Assembly: GCF_006345805.1 (NCBI RefSeq)
Contig: NC_042998.1
Span: 11,532,001 to 11,596,000, forward strand
Source of the DNA: Octopus sinensis
Lineage: Eukaryota
Direction of reading: 5' to 3'
DNA: 64,000 nucleotides
Shown here piece after piece: positions 12,906 through 25,780 of this stretch. Positions within the stretch are counted from its first letter, which is position 1, and every line of letters starts with the position of its first letter. Position numbers and translations under genes: made by a program. The notes beneath the pieces were generated by a model, which was not told where the DNA came from, did not search any database, and saw only the letters and a list, made by a program, of their open reading frames with translations.

Positions 12906-13283
12906 CAAGCATGTATATGGATGGAAGCACTCCGTCGGTTACGACGATGAGGGTTCCGGTTGATCCGATCAACGGAACGTGTAAGTGGCTGAGCACTCCA
13001 CAGACACGTGTACCCTTAACGTAGTTCTCGGGGATATTCAGCGTGACACAGAGAGTGACAAGGCCGGCCCTTTGAAATACAGGTACAACAGAAACAGGAA
13101 GTAAGAGTGAGAGAAAGTTGTGGTGAAAGAGTACAGCAGGGATCACCACCAACCCTGCCGGAGCGTCGTGGAGCTTTAGGTGTTTTCGCTCAATAAACAC
13201 TCACAACGCCCTGTCTGGGAATCGAAACCACGATCCTACGACCGCGAGTCCGCTGCCCTAACCACTGGGCCATTGCGCCTCCA
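12906..13283 (-). mobile_element. tRNA-derived SINE family 3 (head GGAGGCGCAATGGCCCAGTGGTTAGGGC)
   Basis: A box TGGCCCAGTGG and B box GTTTCGATTCC; matches 16408-16785. Confidence 0.9.
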
Positions 13284-14339
13284 AATATCAGAAGACAGTT
13301 TTTAAGCAAATGATTTAATTTATTAAAATAGTAATGAGTTCTAAGTGACGAGTGAAGCGGCCGTATGTGTAGGAGACAGAGAAAAGCAATAAAACTTACA
13401 ATTGAACAAATGATTTAGTTGAAAGCCGTAAAAAGCGAGCAGAGGCAAAGCTAGCTTAGACGGAAAGGTAATCACTCGGAATTTGCCTCAGAACCGTCAA
13501 ATTTTCGCAGATGTTCGTTCGTTAGTTTCCGTGAAAACTTTTTATTTATTTACTTTTAGTTTCATGACATTTACAAGGTGATATCTGCTTTGAAGACGCA
13601 ACGTGAAACAGACGGGAGATAACGCGCGCGTGTTAATGTATATGTCTATGAAAGATAATGGGTGTACATGTATGTGTATTTATGTATGTACGTTTATATG
13701 AAAAATAATGTTTGTACATGTGTGCGTGTATTTATGCATGTACGCATGTACAAAAGCTAATTGGGGTACGTGTGTCTACATAAATGCACACACCACATAT
13801 TATCTTTCATATACACTTACATATGGAAATACAAACACCACACATTACCTTTCATATACTCGTACATATGTAAATACACACACACCCCCATGTGCAACCA
13901 TTAGTTTTCATATACAGGTACATATGTAAATATACACAAACACACCCCCATTGTAAACCACTCATGATATAGATAGCATTGTGTTGATATGGACTAACTG
14001 GAAAGGTGCTCGCAATGTGAAGTTGACAAAAAGGAAATAGGATGTCCATGATGTGGTCAGCGTTGAGAGCTTAATATAATTCAGAAGTTTGCGGCACTAA
14101 GTTGGTGAGAAAGATAAAAGGCAGATACTATCTTTGGAAAACCGAAGTAGTTCGTCTTGTGTTCTTCAGCTGACTGTTAAAAATACGCGCGTTTACCTAT
14201 AGGGCGGATAAGTGCTTTTGGTATTAATACGCGCTCAGCTCTGATTGGCTGAAGTTGCCATAGCACAACCGTGCTATGCCGCGACAACGAAAAATAGCTT
14301 CCCTGACTCCTACAGTGGTTCACCTCAGTATTTTTTTCT

Positions 14340-14841
14340 ATCACAGTCCATCATCTCCTTCAATTCTCTGGTCGTTTGACGTGGGTTTTCGTGAAGAAGT
14401 TGATTCAATCACTCTTCATCGAACTCAGTTAGTCGACCGGTGTGTGATCCACCCTTGAGGTCAAAATTCCCATCTTTGGAGCACGAAAACCAACGACAGG
14501 AGGTACTTTGGGGCATAGCTCCTTTTCCATACACAGCACAAATCTCACGAACAGCCTCGGCGACCTTAACACCTCGATTAAATGCTAAAAGCAAATGGTG
14601 TCGAAAATGCTCAGTTTTGTCCACTTGACATTCCATTTTAATGATATGGAAATAAAAAAAAATCAATAAAATCAAAAAATCAAAACACTGTCTTGTGGAG
14701 CAAAAAATTCTCTTTTAAATAACATAGAACATTTTACCACTGCGTTTTATTTCTGCGTGCATTTTTAAGTTTGAAAAAAACAAACAAACAAACAAAAAAC
14801 CGAAAAAAAAAAACGCTCATGAATTATTCGTCAATCCAATA
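14340..14841 (-). mobile_element. Mariner 5' end: TIR plus N-terminal HTH of the transposase
   Basis: MECQVDKTEHFRHHLLLAFNRG...RWFS..KDGNFDL...TEFDEE, then HENPRQTTREL; TIR-like TATTGGATTGACGAATAATTCATGAGCG on the - strand. Confidence 0.88.
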
Positions 14842-15735
14842 GTAGCGACGTCCAGTGTGGGTTAGAATTATCATAGAGCCAAAAATAAGTTTGAGGGTTG
14901 CGAACAAGATAAAGAAAGTCGGATCTTTTCATTGGTTAAAATTCGAAGAATTAAACTACGTTAAACTTACAAATTACAAATTTATCAAAAAAGCCAAGTG
15001 AAAATAATGTTTTCTTTTGACACATTCTACAAGTATACGAAGTTTCAAATTGTTTAGTTAACTAGAAATTGGGTTGAATTCTGTCTATCTAAAGGAAAAG
15101 ATCCAGAAAGTCTTCTGACATGAGCAGTTTAGCATTGTGATTCAAGCACGATGAATGGTGGAAAGGTTATAGTGCAGAGAAGTAAAAAAAGATCAGGAGT
15201 TTCAAGCTCCGTTTAAGCGAAAGCAATGTGTAAGAGGGGTTCATCTTGCTGTATTTAAATTTGTGGTATAATCAAAAGATCTTAAAGGAGCTATGAACAC
15301 AAGAGGACAATGCTCTGTGTTGTTAGTTTAATAATTGTATTGGGTTATATGATAGTATCTGTATAGATTCTTTCAAGCAAAACCAACATAGAGCATTTTG
15401 GTCCTGATATAAAGGACCAGAGTCAATGATAGGCCAAGTTATATTGTTTGCTTTTCTTAAGGTAGTGTATGTGGATTAATGGAGAGAATCAAATAATATA
15501 AAAAGAGCGAAGATATTGTTATTTTAAAAATGATATTGAAAAAGAGCGAAACAAACTTAAAAGTAAAAGAAAGAAAGAATTAAAGACATTCTAACATTCA
15601 AAAGTATTCTGTCAATGTTTAGTGTAGATTTACCGTGTTTTTTGGATTTAAAAGAGCCCAAATATGCTGAGCATTGTTCTTTAAAAGTAACGGTTGCTCT
15701 AATGTACAACTTCTAACTCCTTCATTTATGATACC

Positions 15736-16148
15736 TATTTCTTTATTACCCACAAGGGGCTAAACACAGAGGGGACAAACAAGGACAGACATAGGTATTA
15801 AGTCGATTACATCGACCCCAGTGCGTAACTGGTACTTAATTTATCGACCCCGAAAGGATGAAAGGCAAAGTCGACCTTGGCGGAATTTGAACTCACACCG
15901 TAACGCAGACGAAATACCTATTTCTTTATTACCCACAAGGGGCTAAACACAGAGGGGACAAACAAGGACAGAGAAACAGATTAAGTCGATTACATCGACC
16001 CCAGTGCGTAACTGGTACTTAATTTATAGACCCCGAAAGGATGAAAGGCAAAGTCGATCTCGGCGGAATTTGAACTCACAACGTAACGCGGACGAAATAC
16101 CGCTAAGCATTTCGCCCGGCGTGCTAACGTTTCTGCCAGCTCGCCGCC
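15736..16148 (-). mobile_element. tRNA-derived SINE family 2, head-to-tail dimer
   Basis: Head GGCGGCGAGCTGGCAGAAACGTTAGC; core GAGGTCGACTTTGCCTTTCATCCTTTCGGGGTCGAT (resembles a conserved metazoan SINE core, from memory); flanking direct repeat CCTTCATTTATGATACC at 15719 and 16147. Confidence 0.9.
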
Positions 16149-16407
16149 TTCATTTATGATACCGTTTACTCTAACCAACAACTCCATTGTAACAACTCTA
16201 CGATTATGTTTAAATTATAAATTCCATGCTATACAGTGATACCACATGTGTTGTCTGTTCATTTCCCCCATTCTAATACGAGTGTGTGTGTTGTTAGTTA
16301 TATATCAATCACAGAAAACACTAGCTCAAATTAGAGCAACATGAGATCGAACCCATAACCACGAAGTGAACTTACTACACAGCTATTTAGTAGATCATAT
16401 CCGTGGT

Positions 16408-16785
16408 TGTGGAGGCGCAATGGCCCAGTGGTTAGGGCAGCGGACTCGCGGTTTCGATTCCCAGACCGGGCGTTGTGAGTGTTTATTGAGCGAAAACACC
16501 TAAAAGCTCCACGAGCCTCCGGCAGGGGATGGTGGTGATCCCTGCTGTACTCTTTCACCACAACTTTCTCTCACTCTTACTTCCTGTTTTTGTTGTACGT
16601 GTATTTCAAAGAACCGGCCTTGTCACTCTCTGTGGCACGCTGAATATCCCCGAGAACTACGTTAAGAGTGCACGTGTCTGTGGAGTGCTCAGCCACTTAC
16701 ACGTTAATTTCACGAGCAGGCTGTTCCGTTGATCGGATCAACCGGAACCCTCATCGTCGTAACCGACGGAGTGCTTCCTCCCCCC
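16408..16785 (+). mobile_element. SINE family 3 with 10-bp TSD TATCCGTGGT
   Basis: TSD at 16398-16407 and 16786-16795. Confidence 0.9.
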
Positions 16786-17486
16786 TATCCGTGGTAGTTG
16801 AATAGTTAAATTCTTGCAGGCTGTGCTGAATGCTGCGCTGCAGTTAAATTTGTTTCACTATGATGTAAGTCCTAATTTTCATTGGGTAAGTGGGCACCAA
16901 TAAAAGCATATTGATTAACTAAAATACATGTTAGCATCGATTCAGTTAACTACACACCACAACGAAATCTATCCTTCACTTATCTTCGGACATGTAAAGG
17001 GTGCTTGGTTATAAAGTATAAGGCTCTCTTTTACTCATTTACTCTTTTACTTGTTTCAGTCATTTGACTGCGGCCATGCTGGAGCACCGCCTTTAGTCGA
17101 ACAGATCGACCCCGGGACTTATTCTTTGTAAGCCCAGTACTTATTCTATCGGTCTCTTTTGCCTATGGAACATTCATACCTTTTCACTCGTGAATTAAAT
17201 ATATAAATGAGTTGGAATTCGTTACGGCAATAATTTCCTTAAGCAATTTAATTTTTTATTTTATGCTGTTGAAATTTTTTTTTCGAAGATTTTAAATTTG
17301 GTTTCGATTAGTGGAGAGAATTAAATAAACATTTGTTTTTAAATATTTGCACTTCAGTAATTTCATTTCCTGTAAATTATATATATAAAAAAAAAAAAAA
17401 AGTACTCGGCTAATATCTTTGAAGAATTTTGAAATCGACGAGTGACAAGTTGTAAATTTTATTCCTTTTTGCTGGAATGCGTAGAA

Positions 17487-17496
17487 GTCACGTGAC
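17487..17496. promoter_or_regulatory. Palindromic E-box GTCACGTGAC (USF/TFE-type) in a CpG-containing region upstream of the candidate first exon
   Basis: Motif match only. Confidence 0.3.
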
Positions 17497-17992
17497 TACA
17501 TTCCAAAGAAAGTTGTATCGTAAATTCCTTTGATTATCCCCCATATTAAATCCTTTTGAACACATGCGCGCATACAAACGCACACACAAACACACATACA
17601 CATACACTGCAATTTTTCATGCTTAAAAGATGAAATGAATCACTTAAACCAGATATACTATTTAATAATCTATATGTAACGCAAACATTTTTCCAAATTC
17701 AAAACTTAAGTAAGCAATGTAAATCGAACAAAGTTTCGTTTCGTTTGACAACAGATTATTTATATAATAATCATAATATATCTATATAGATATATGGATA
17801 TGTATGTAAGTGGTTGTATACGTACGTGTGTGTGTGTGCGCGCATACTATATATATATATATCTGTAAATATAATATGTGACAATTATTCGGCTTCCGAA
17901 TAATTGTCACATATTATGTTTACTGATAAATTCCTCTATTTACATAATATCGAAGTCTCTTTCATTCTTTTGTTGACTTGTCATTTCTGTCA

Positions 17993-18038
<46 letters not shown>

Positions 18039-18144
18039 ATTAAATATATAAATATATATATATATATATATTATATAGAGGGCATTATTACACATAAATG
18101 CCACACGCTAGGAGGGACTTTCAAAGTCATTACTACCAAAAATA

Positions 18145-18193
<49 letters not shown>

Positions 18194-18719
18194 ATGTATG
18201 TATTAAATATGTATATTTCATGTGTATATATACATGTAAATATATACATATATACGCATACATATATATATATATACACACACAAATATAAACATACATA
18301 AACATACATACATACTCACACAAATATAAACACACATAATATATATTCTTATTCACAAGAACGTTAGATCGTTACTCTAAGGCAAAGAGCTTCGTAACTT
18401 TTTGCCAATTAAAAATACAAGCAAAATTTCTTTTTTCACCTGTTGTTGTGCACAAACACACGCACTATATTTTTGATTAATGAAAAATATCCTTACTTAA
18501 ATAGTAATATAAATTTATACGTTTATAGAAATGATTATATGTATAAATAAGAATTTCTAAAAAAATATTCCAATTAAAGAAAAGAAAAGAAAACAACTAG
18601 AAATAAATAGCAGAATATTTATTAATCTATCTCGTTTCGTTTCGTTTCATTTCATGTTGAGTTTTTTCATTCAATAAGCTCTAATGCCGAGTATGTTATA
18701 ATACCAAGAACGGTTGTGT

Positions 18720-18865
18720 GTTTAAATCGCGCACCTTTCGTTTTTCAGCCACCCACTTAACTGGTTTGACGGTGCATAGTCAAACTCTTCATTGTTTATG
18801 ATTTAGACACAGTTTATAGCACTTACCCCTGTCTTGTCTTACTTTTTCCTGTGTTTAGCAACCAG
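18720..18865 (+). other. CTNNA: Candidate non-coding first exon of alpha-catenin (5' boundary approximate)
   Basis: Perfect donor CAG|GTGAGT at 18863-18871; local CpG enrichment; no acceptor upstream; CpG-poor DNA downstream. Confidence 0.5.
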
Positions 18866-20859
18866 GTGAGTAAATATAATTCTTATGTCGCGTGTACGAT
18901 TTCACTGTTTGTGTGTATAAAATGTATATAATTCTTTGTTAAACGAAAATTTGTTTATTTCTTTTAAACATAAAATAGTCACTTGTCGAATGAATGTATG
19001 TCACATATCTATCCAATGTATTTTGTAGTATCTAGTACCCTAGTTCTTCCCATCGAAGTTATTCCAGTTCATTTTTCTCTGTAGCAATTATTTAAATAGG
19101 GGATAGTTTGCTGCTATGTAGACAATCAGTTCCTTTCTGGAAGGTTTGTTGGGAGGTTTTTTTTTTTGGTTTTTTTCAGCATAGTCACTCAAAATGTCTC
19201 CAAATCTCTTCTTCACTCTGTAATATCCCTGTTATCTTTTACTTAAAAAGAGGACCAAGAAAAGGAACAAATATTATCGAGTTATAAACTATAAAAAATA
19301 CCTTTTACAGCGTTAAAAATCAATGCTTCTGTTACTAGTGTTACCTATGTAGAGGCATACAAAAATTGTCTCTCCACCCCCTTTTTCTGTTTTCTTATAA
19401 CCTGTAGTTTTTTTGATAGCTACTTCTTATTGAGGTATTTGACACTTTGCACAAACTATAATTTTATCATTTGGCAAGTTGGAGGAAAATTATTTTCTTT
19501 TTAGTCTAGAAAATTTCATTGCAGTTTTAAAAATGTCCGAGAAGAAAACAAACATTAGTTGTCAAGAAATATGAGATAAGCCATTCAAAGGCACGGTTTT
19601 TGTTGATGTGGTCGCTTAATCTATGGACAGTTGGACAGCAATATTTATGTAGCTGTCTCTCTTTCTTTATAACAAATATTTTAAATTCTAATGCTTGTTT
19701 ATATTTGTTTAGAGTATAGATTTAACGTTAATATAAACTGACAGTTTAATTTTTAACTATTTCTTTAGTTAAGTGACCACCACATATAGTAAATGAATCT
19801 CGCATCAGTTTTGACAAAAAGGGTTTTAACATTAGTTAAGGGTTGATTACTACTTCTTCAGTTTAAATTCCTTATAAGTTGATTTTGTTTTTCATCTTCC
19901 CGAGGTCGGTGAAATATACTCAGTTCGATTTAGTATTCTTATAATGCATCCTAGATGTGTCATTTAGTCGAAGTGTTAATTTCGTTGCCAAGCCAACTGT
20001 TTGGTGGTCTATTAGGTCTCTAGAAATAACAGCTTAATCTTCCTCAAATCTTATAAGAAAACCCGCTAAATAATATAGTGATAGATACGCTTTATTTTTC
20101 TCTGGTTGGGGAGCAGGATAATCTGGTCTGCCAATGTCTTGGTCAAAAGTCTGCCTGGTCTGAGCTGACCTGGGACTAAACAATATCAGAACAAGTTTTG
20201 TTGCTGCAGTAGTTTATTGTGAGTTTCTCTTGTGTTTATGAGTAATTAATATATTTTTGAATCATATTAAAAGTTCGCACACCTGTATATACGTCCCCAG
20301 AAGTATTTTTTCCTGTTTGGTGTGAAAGTATTTAGTTTACAAGCAATAAGTGCGTTAAGTATTTAGCTTCGTCAACTAACCTGTTTATATGTATGTCAGT
20401 GTTTCCTTAGCACTGCTTACCTGATCTTGTTGATATTCTATTCAAATATTTACTCAGGGTTGGGCATAATAGTAATAATATTAATAATTTCTTATATCTT
20501 ATTTGTCAGAACATGGCGACAATTTTGAATATACCTTAATACATACCTGGTACTTATTTTATCGGTCCTAGTATTGATAATATTTTTGTCGAAGCAAAAT
20601 ATTTTTTAGAGAAAATAACTCCCAATTTAAAATAGCCTCTCTCTTTACACTACTTGAATATATATATATGTATGTATGTGTATATAATATGTATATGTGT
20701 TCATATAAAATCATTTATTGCTTCTTTACAATATATTGGTAGCCATAGGTTAACTGTCAATTTTTATATATTACACTTTATTTTTATCAGTATTTAAAAT
20801 TACTTCCTTCATTATCTGAGCTGTTACCTTAATCAAATGAATGTTGACCTTCACCTTGG

Positions 20860-20997
20860 ACAAAACGTGGCTAATCGTCATATCGCGTACCTGTCCTGAG
20901 TCATTGTTTGTGAATTTTGTCACTATTTATCGGAAAAAAGAATCTATAATAAGTTAAACACTCCTTTCTCATTTCTAACAAATATTATAAACACCAG
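20860..20997 (+). other. CTNNA: Candidate alternative non-coding first exon (5' boundary approximate)
   Basis: Donor CAG|GTATGT at 20995-21003, a small CpG cluster and a TGAGTCA (AP-1-like) site. Confidence 0.3.
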
Positions 20998-21121
20998 GTA
21001 TGTATTAGTAACTTAGAGCCCATAAACTTTCTCAGGTAGTTTCAACGCCAATATACTTCTCTTGCCAGTAGCTGTGTAATATCATTTGGTCACTTAAATA
21101 GTCGGGGGCAACCACAAACTT

Positions 21122-21298
21122 TTCGTCTGCCGTTACGTTCTGAGTTCAAATTCCGCTGAGGTCGACTTTGCCTTTCATCCTTTCGGGGTCGATAAATTAA
21201 GTACCAGTTACGCACTGGGGTCGATATAATCGACTTAATCCGTTTGTCTGTCCTTGTTTGTCCCCTCTGTGTTTAGCCCCTTGTGGGTAGTAAAGAAA
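21122..21298 (+). mobile_element. SINE family 2, 5'-truncated
   Basis: Core and tail match the other copies. Confidence 0.88.
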
Positions 21299-21889
21299 TA
21301 TATACATGTCGTTTGTTTTCTATTGGTCAGTGTATTCGTTTCCATTTGTCAATCATTTTATCATTCTCCGTCCATTTAACTCAGAAGGAATGGGTAGTGC
21401 GTAATTAATTTGCAGGGCTTTTGAGAGGAATGTGATCGACACGGTTTGTGTTCAGTTTGATCATCTGGAAGTCATTGCCTGCAGGCAAAACGTTGGATGG
21501 GTGGTGGTGGTGGGGGATGAAAAGGCTGAAAAGAATCCCGGGGTTTGACGAAGTATAAAGGAAGAATTACTTGTGGTTAACGGTGTTTAGACTAGGAGGG
21601 GGGAGGGGGTGAGGCACAAGTGTTACGGGAGTGCAGGCATAGGTGAAGATGATATATACAATTAGCCAGTGAGAACAACAAGAAATTATTATACTAACAT
21701 TGTGTAAAGTAGAACGAGGAAAGCACTACATCTGAAGAAGCAACAGGTTGTTCGTTGCTGGTTAGCGTTTGTCAACCAGTCGGTTCTCTTCCTTCTTTGG
21801 AGTCAGTCTAGGATGTTTCTGTGGATGTAGCATTTGTCTTAAGTGTTAAGAACACTTGTTTATATTGGGTGTTATTTGAATTTAGTAAA

Positions 21890-22044
21890 GAGTGGCTGTG
21901 TGGTAAGTAGCTTGCTAACCAACCACATGGTTCCGGGTTCAGTCCCACTGCGTGGCACCTTGGGCAAGTGTCTTCTGCTATAGCCCCGGGCCGACCAATG
22001 CCTTGTGAGTGGATTTGGTAGACGAAAACTGAAAGCCTGTCGTA

Positions 22045-22097
<53 letters not shown>

Positions 22098-22288
22098 TTG
22101 TCCCCCTAGCATTGCTTGACAACCGATGCTGGTGTGTTTACGTCCCCGTCACTTAGCGGTTCAGCAAAAGAGACCGATAGAATAAGTACTGGGCTTACAA
22201 AGAATAAGTCCCAGGGTTGATTTGCTCGACTAAAGGCGGTGCTCCAGCATGGCCGCAGTCAAATGACCGAAACAAGTAAAAGAGTAAA
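21890..22288 (+). mobile_element. SINE family 1
   Basis: Similarity to the other copies. Confidence 0.9.
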
Positions 22289-22629
22289 ATCGTCAGCAGC
22301 TGCTATGAGCTGAAGGATTTTCCGGTCCTGAAGAGGAAGCTAGTTTTTGATTAGTGCTATCTGCTAGAAAAATATTCACCAGTGGCTGTGTGGCCGCGCA
22401 GTTGTAGCCACTTTGAGATTTTGCTATGCATGTTTAGTGACTGTCTTTGTGTTGTCGAGACACTAAATTGTCATGTCCCATTAGAACATGTATCAGAGAT
22501 GTCTGTTCATGTGGAATTCATGTGTAATTTAAAGTGGACACCTATTCTACTGTATGTCTTTCGCGCTTCTTGTCCGTCTGTATCCATCAATCGTATGGAA
22601 ACCACTTAACGTTAGTAATTTCTTTCAAA

Positions 22630-23004
22630 GAATACTCTTTTACTTGTTTCAGTCATTTGACTGTCGTCATGCTGGAGCACCGCCTTTGGTAGAGCAAATC
22701 GACCTCAGGACTTATTCTTTGTAAGCTTAGTACTTATTCTATCGGTCACTTTTGCCGAACCGCTAAGTTACGGGGACGTAAACACACCAGCATCGGTTGT
22801 CAAGCGATGTTGGACACACACACACACACACATATATATACAACGGGCTTCTTTCAGTTTCCGTCTACCAAATCCACTCACAAGGCTTTGATCAGCCCGA
22901 GGCTATAGTAGAAGATACTTGCTCAAGATGCCACGCAGTGGGAGTGAACCTAGAACCATGTGATTGGTAAGCAAGCTACATACAACACAGCCACTCCTAC
23001 GCCT
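22630..23004 (-). mobile_element. SINE family 1, inverted relative to 21890-22288
   Basis: Similarity to the other copies. Confidence 0.88.
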
Positions 23005-23360
23005 ATACTGTATAAGTTTTCTTTACAAGTTTCAGTCATTGGATTGCGGCCATATTAAGGTATTGCCAGCAAGTGATTTTATTTGATTAGACTTATTTGA
23101 TAAAATTTTATTGATCAAATAGCAACGTTCCCTTGTGTAATTTAAAGGCACACAACCATCTTGTACTAATATATAAAATATCCTCTATGTGGTTACCTGC
23201 TACATAAAATCACATTCTAACACTTTCAAGGAAAGAAGGACACATAAAATAATGTGACGCGATGGTAACGACTGGAATGCCTTTGCTAACAGCTCTTCTT
23301 GATTACGATAGACCTGTGGCTAAAGAACAACAATTGCATATATATTATACACACACACAT

Positions 23361-23432
<72 letters not shown>

Positions 23433-23524
23433 CACACACATATGCGATCATTTTTCTAGTCTGGTCTTGTGTATATATATATATATACACACACACAAGA
23501 CCAGACTATAAAAATGATTGCATA

Positions 23525-23567
<43 letters not shown>

Positions 23568-23711
23568 CAAAAAGGGATCAAAGGTCCATCCTGAGCCACA
23601 GGCTCATAAGGTAGGTTTCTTTGATGCTGTGCCTATATATTCCCCTCCTGGATGGAATGCCAGTTCATTGGAAGATTACTCATTTTGATAAGCTGAGTGG
23701 ACTGGACCAAT

Positions 23712-24042
23712 GTGAAATGCAGTTAATTTTTTGGCGCAAAAAACAAGGCCATGTAGGGGGACATGGAGTAATGTACAGGGAGGGTGTTCATGCAAAGAGT
23801 TCAGGCCAGTTTTGGTCAAGAGAGACTTTGAACCGAGTGGTCGTCGGCATTTTCACTATCTCGTCTTGCAGCTTATTCCATGGATCCGCAACCCGGACGG
23901 AGAAAGCCCCTCTCCTTCGATTGAAATTAAATCGTCCCAGATAGAGCTTTTCGGAGTGACCCCACAGCCGACGCTCTAGAGCAGGAGTGAAGAACAGCTC
24001 TTTTGAGAGGTTACACTTTCCGCTTATGATGTGAGCAACAAT
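23712..24042 (-). mobile_element. CR1-like LINE 3' end
   Basis: RLWGHSEKLY...RRGAFSVRVADPWNKL (CR1 ORF2 C-terminus) followed by the 3' UTR. Confidence 0.88.
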
Positions 24043-24157
24043 GAGAAGTGTTATGCTTAAGAACACAACACATTGCCTGGTCCAGAAATTGAAACCACAA
24101 TCTTATAATCAGGAGTGCAGCATCTTAATAAGCTACACGTCTATACACCTGCACACG

Positions 24158-24216
<59 letters not shown>

Positions 24217-24282
24217 ATGCATATAGGGGTGCAGGATGTCATCAACGGTGTAACATGAAATACGTAAACAAATGAGAGGGGA

Positions 24283-24792
24283 ATGAATGAAATGTGTGGT
24301 GGAGACTCATGGGGAGGACAGAGCATCATGGTATGGGGCAAGATTGCACTTGACCAGAAACTTGAACCAGTGGTCTTCCAAAACATTGGCCAAGGCTGGG
24401 GCAATGGAGTAACTGTTACTTGCTACATTGACCAAGTGTTGAGGTCTCACATTGTGTCATACTTTGCCCGTCATTGGAATAGTGTTCCAACACGACAATG
24501 CCCATGCCCATACTGCCAGATTGACAACAGACTTCCTCCGATAACACAATACCCAGACATTTCCATGGCCTGCCCGATGTCCAGACTTGAACCCCATAGA
24601 ACACCTGTGGGACAGAATCCAAAGAAGGCTAAACGACATCTGTCCAAGGCCGACAACAGCAACACAACTCAACTGCAAGTTTTAACAGTCTGCGCTGCTA
24701 TACTCGTGGCCTTCATCAATTGTTTGGTGCATTCAATGTACAGAAGATGCCTGGTAGTAACCAATGCTAATGGTGGTCACATGAGATGTTGA
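24283..24792 (+). mobile_element. Tc1 (DD34E) transposase fragment with a frameshift and a stop
   Basis: IMVWG; then, after a frameshift, VFQHDNAHAHT-(34 residues between D and E)-PDLNPIEHLWD. Confidence 0.9.
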
Positions 24793-24879
24793 GTTCATCT
24801 CTTTGGATCCAGGACACTGTCATCATGTGACATCAAACATGTTTCAGGAAATGACATTTTAAATGCACCAATCAGCCTC

Positions 24880-25080
24880 GCCTGGCACCTGTGCGGGTGG
24901 CACGTAAAAAGCACCCACTACACTCACGGAGTGGTTGGCGTTAGGAAGAGCATCCGGCTGTAGAAACATTGCCAGATAAGACTGGAGCCTGGTGCAGCCT
25001 TCTGGTTTCCCAGATCCCCGGTCGAACCGTCCAACCCATGCTAGCATGGAGAACGGACGTTAAATGATGATGATGATGAA
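24880..25080 (+). mobile_element. 5'-truncated RTE 3' UTR copy
   Basis: GTGGTTGGCGTTAGGAAG.GCATCC...GGACGTTAAA(TGA)n, shared with the LINE at 57772-59070. Confidence 0.85.
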
Positions 25081-25289
25081 AGAACGGTTTCTTAATTAGC
25101 ATTCTTCAATCAGTGCTATGGCAGTTTGTTAATAAACTGGTTTCTGTTTAGTATGTGTGCGACATTTCTTTCGTGTTTCAGTTTATATATATATATATAT
25201 ATTGAATGTGTAATGTAAGTGTACATGCTTGACAGTGCTAGGGCTTTTACAGAGAAGTTAGGCATAAGAGGAATTAGTTGCTGTGTGAA

Positions 25290-25780
25290 AGAGAGCAGAC
25301 TGCACTGTTTAGTTCATGTGATGTGGATGGATGCCAACAGCTCCATAAATAAGTGCTGATCTCTCAAAGTAGATGGAACATGTGGAAGTGGGTGAGCTAG
25401 ATAGACACGGGATGAAGTGCTGATGGACGACCTCAAGATGCTGAACTTTTCAGGTGAGATGAGAAAGGACAGAGCTGCCTTAATGTACTCAAGATGACCT
25501 GTACTCCGCTGCAGAAGTGTTAAGACCAGTTTCCTCGGTAGTGAACATTGACCTGCAAGAATCCTGGGATGCTGCCGTGTAAAAAGCACTTGTGGCAGTA
25601 CCATGTAAAAGCGCCCAAAATAAAAACTGTAAAGTGGTTGGCATTAGGAAGGGCATCGAGCCATAGAAACCATGCCAAATTCAGACTGGAGTCTAGTGTA
25701 GCTCCCCAACTTGCCACCTGTAGTCAAACAGTCCAACCCATGCCAGAATGGACAATGGATGCTCAATGATGATGGTGATA
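25290..25780 (+). mobile_element. Decayed RTE ORF end plus 3' UTR
   Basis: Degenerate MWMDANSS...KVDGTCG...WDEVLMDDLKML, then the family 3' UTR with a TGA tail. Confidence 0.7.

Noticed and set aside
16412-16490. tRNA-like sequences with A and B boxes (also at 4396, 13210 and 46583)
   Set aside because: SINE heads continuing into SINE bodies with TSDs; no complete cloverleaf or terminator.
21728-21765. CTGAAGA plus a 6-bp stem resembling a hammerhead
   Set aside because: The GAAA after stem II is missing.
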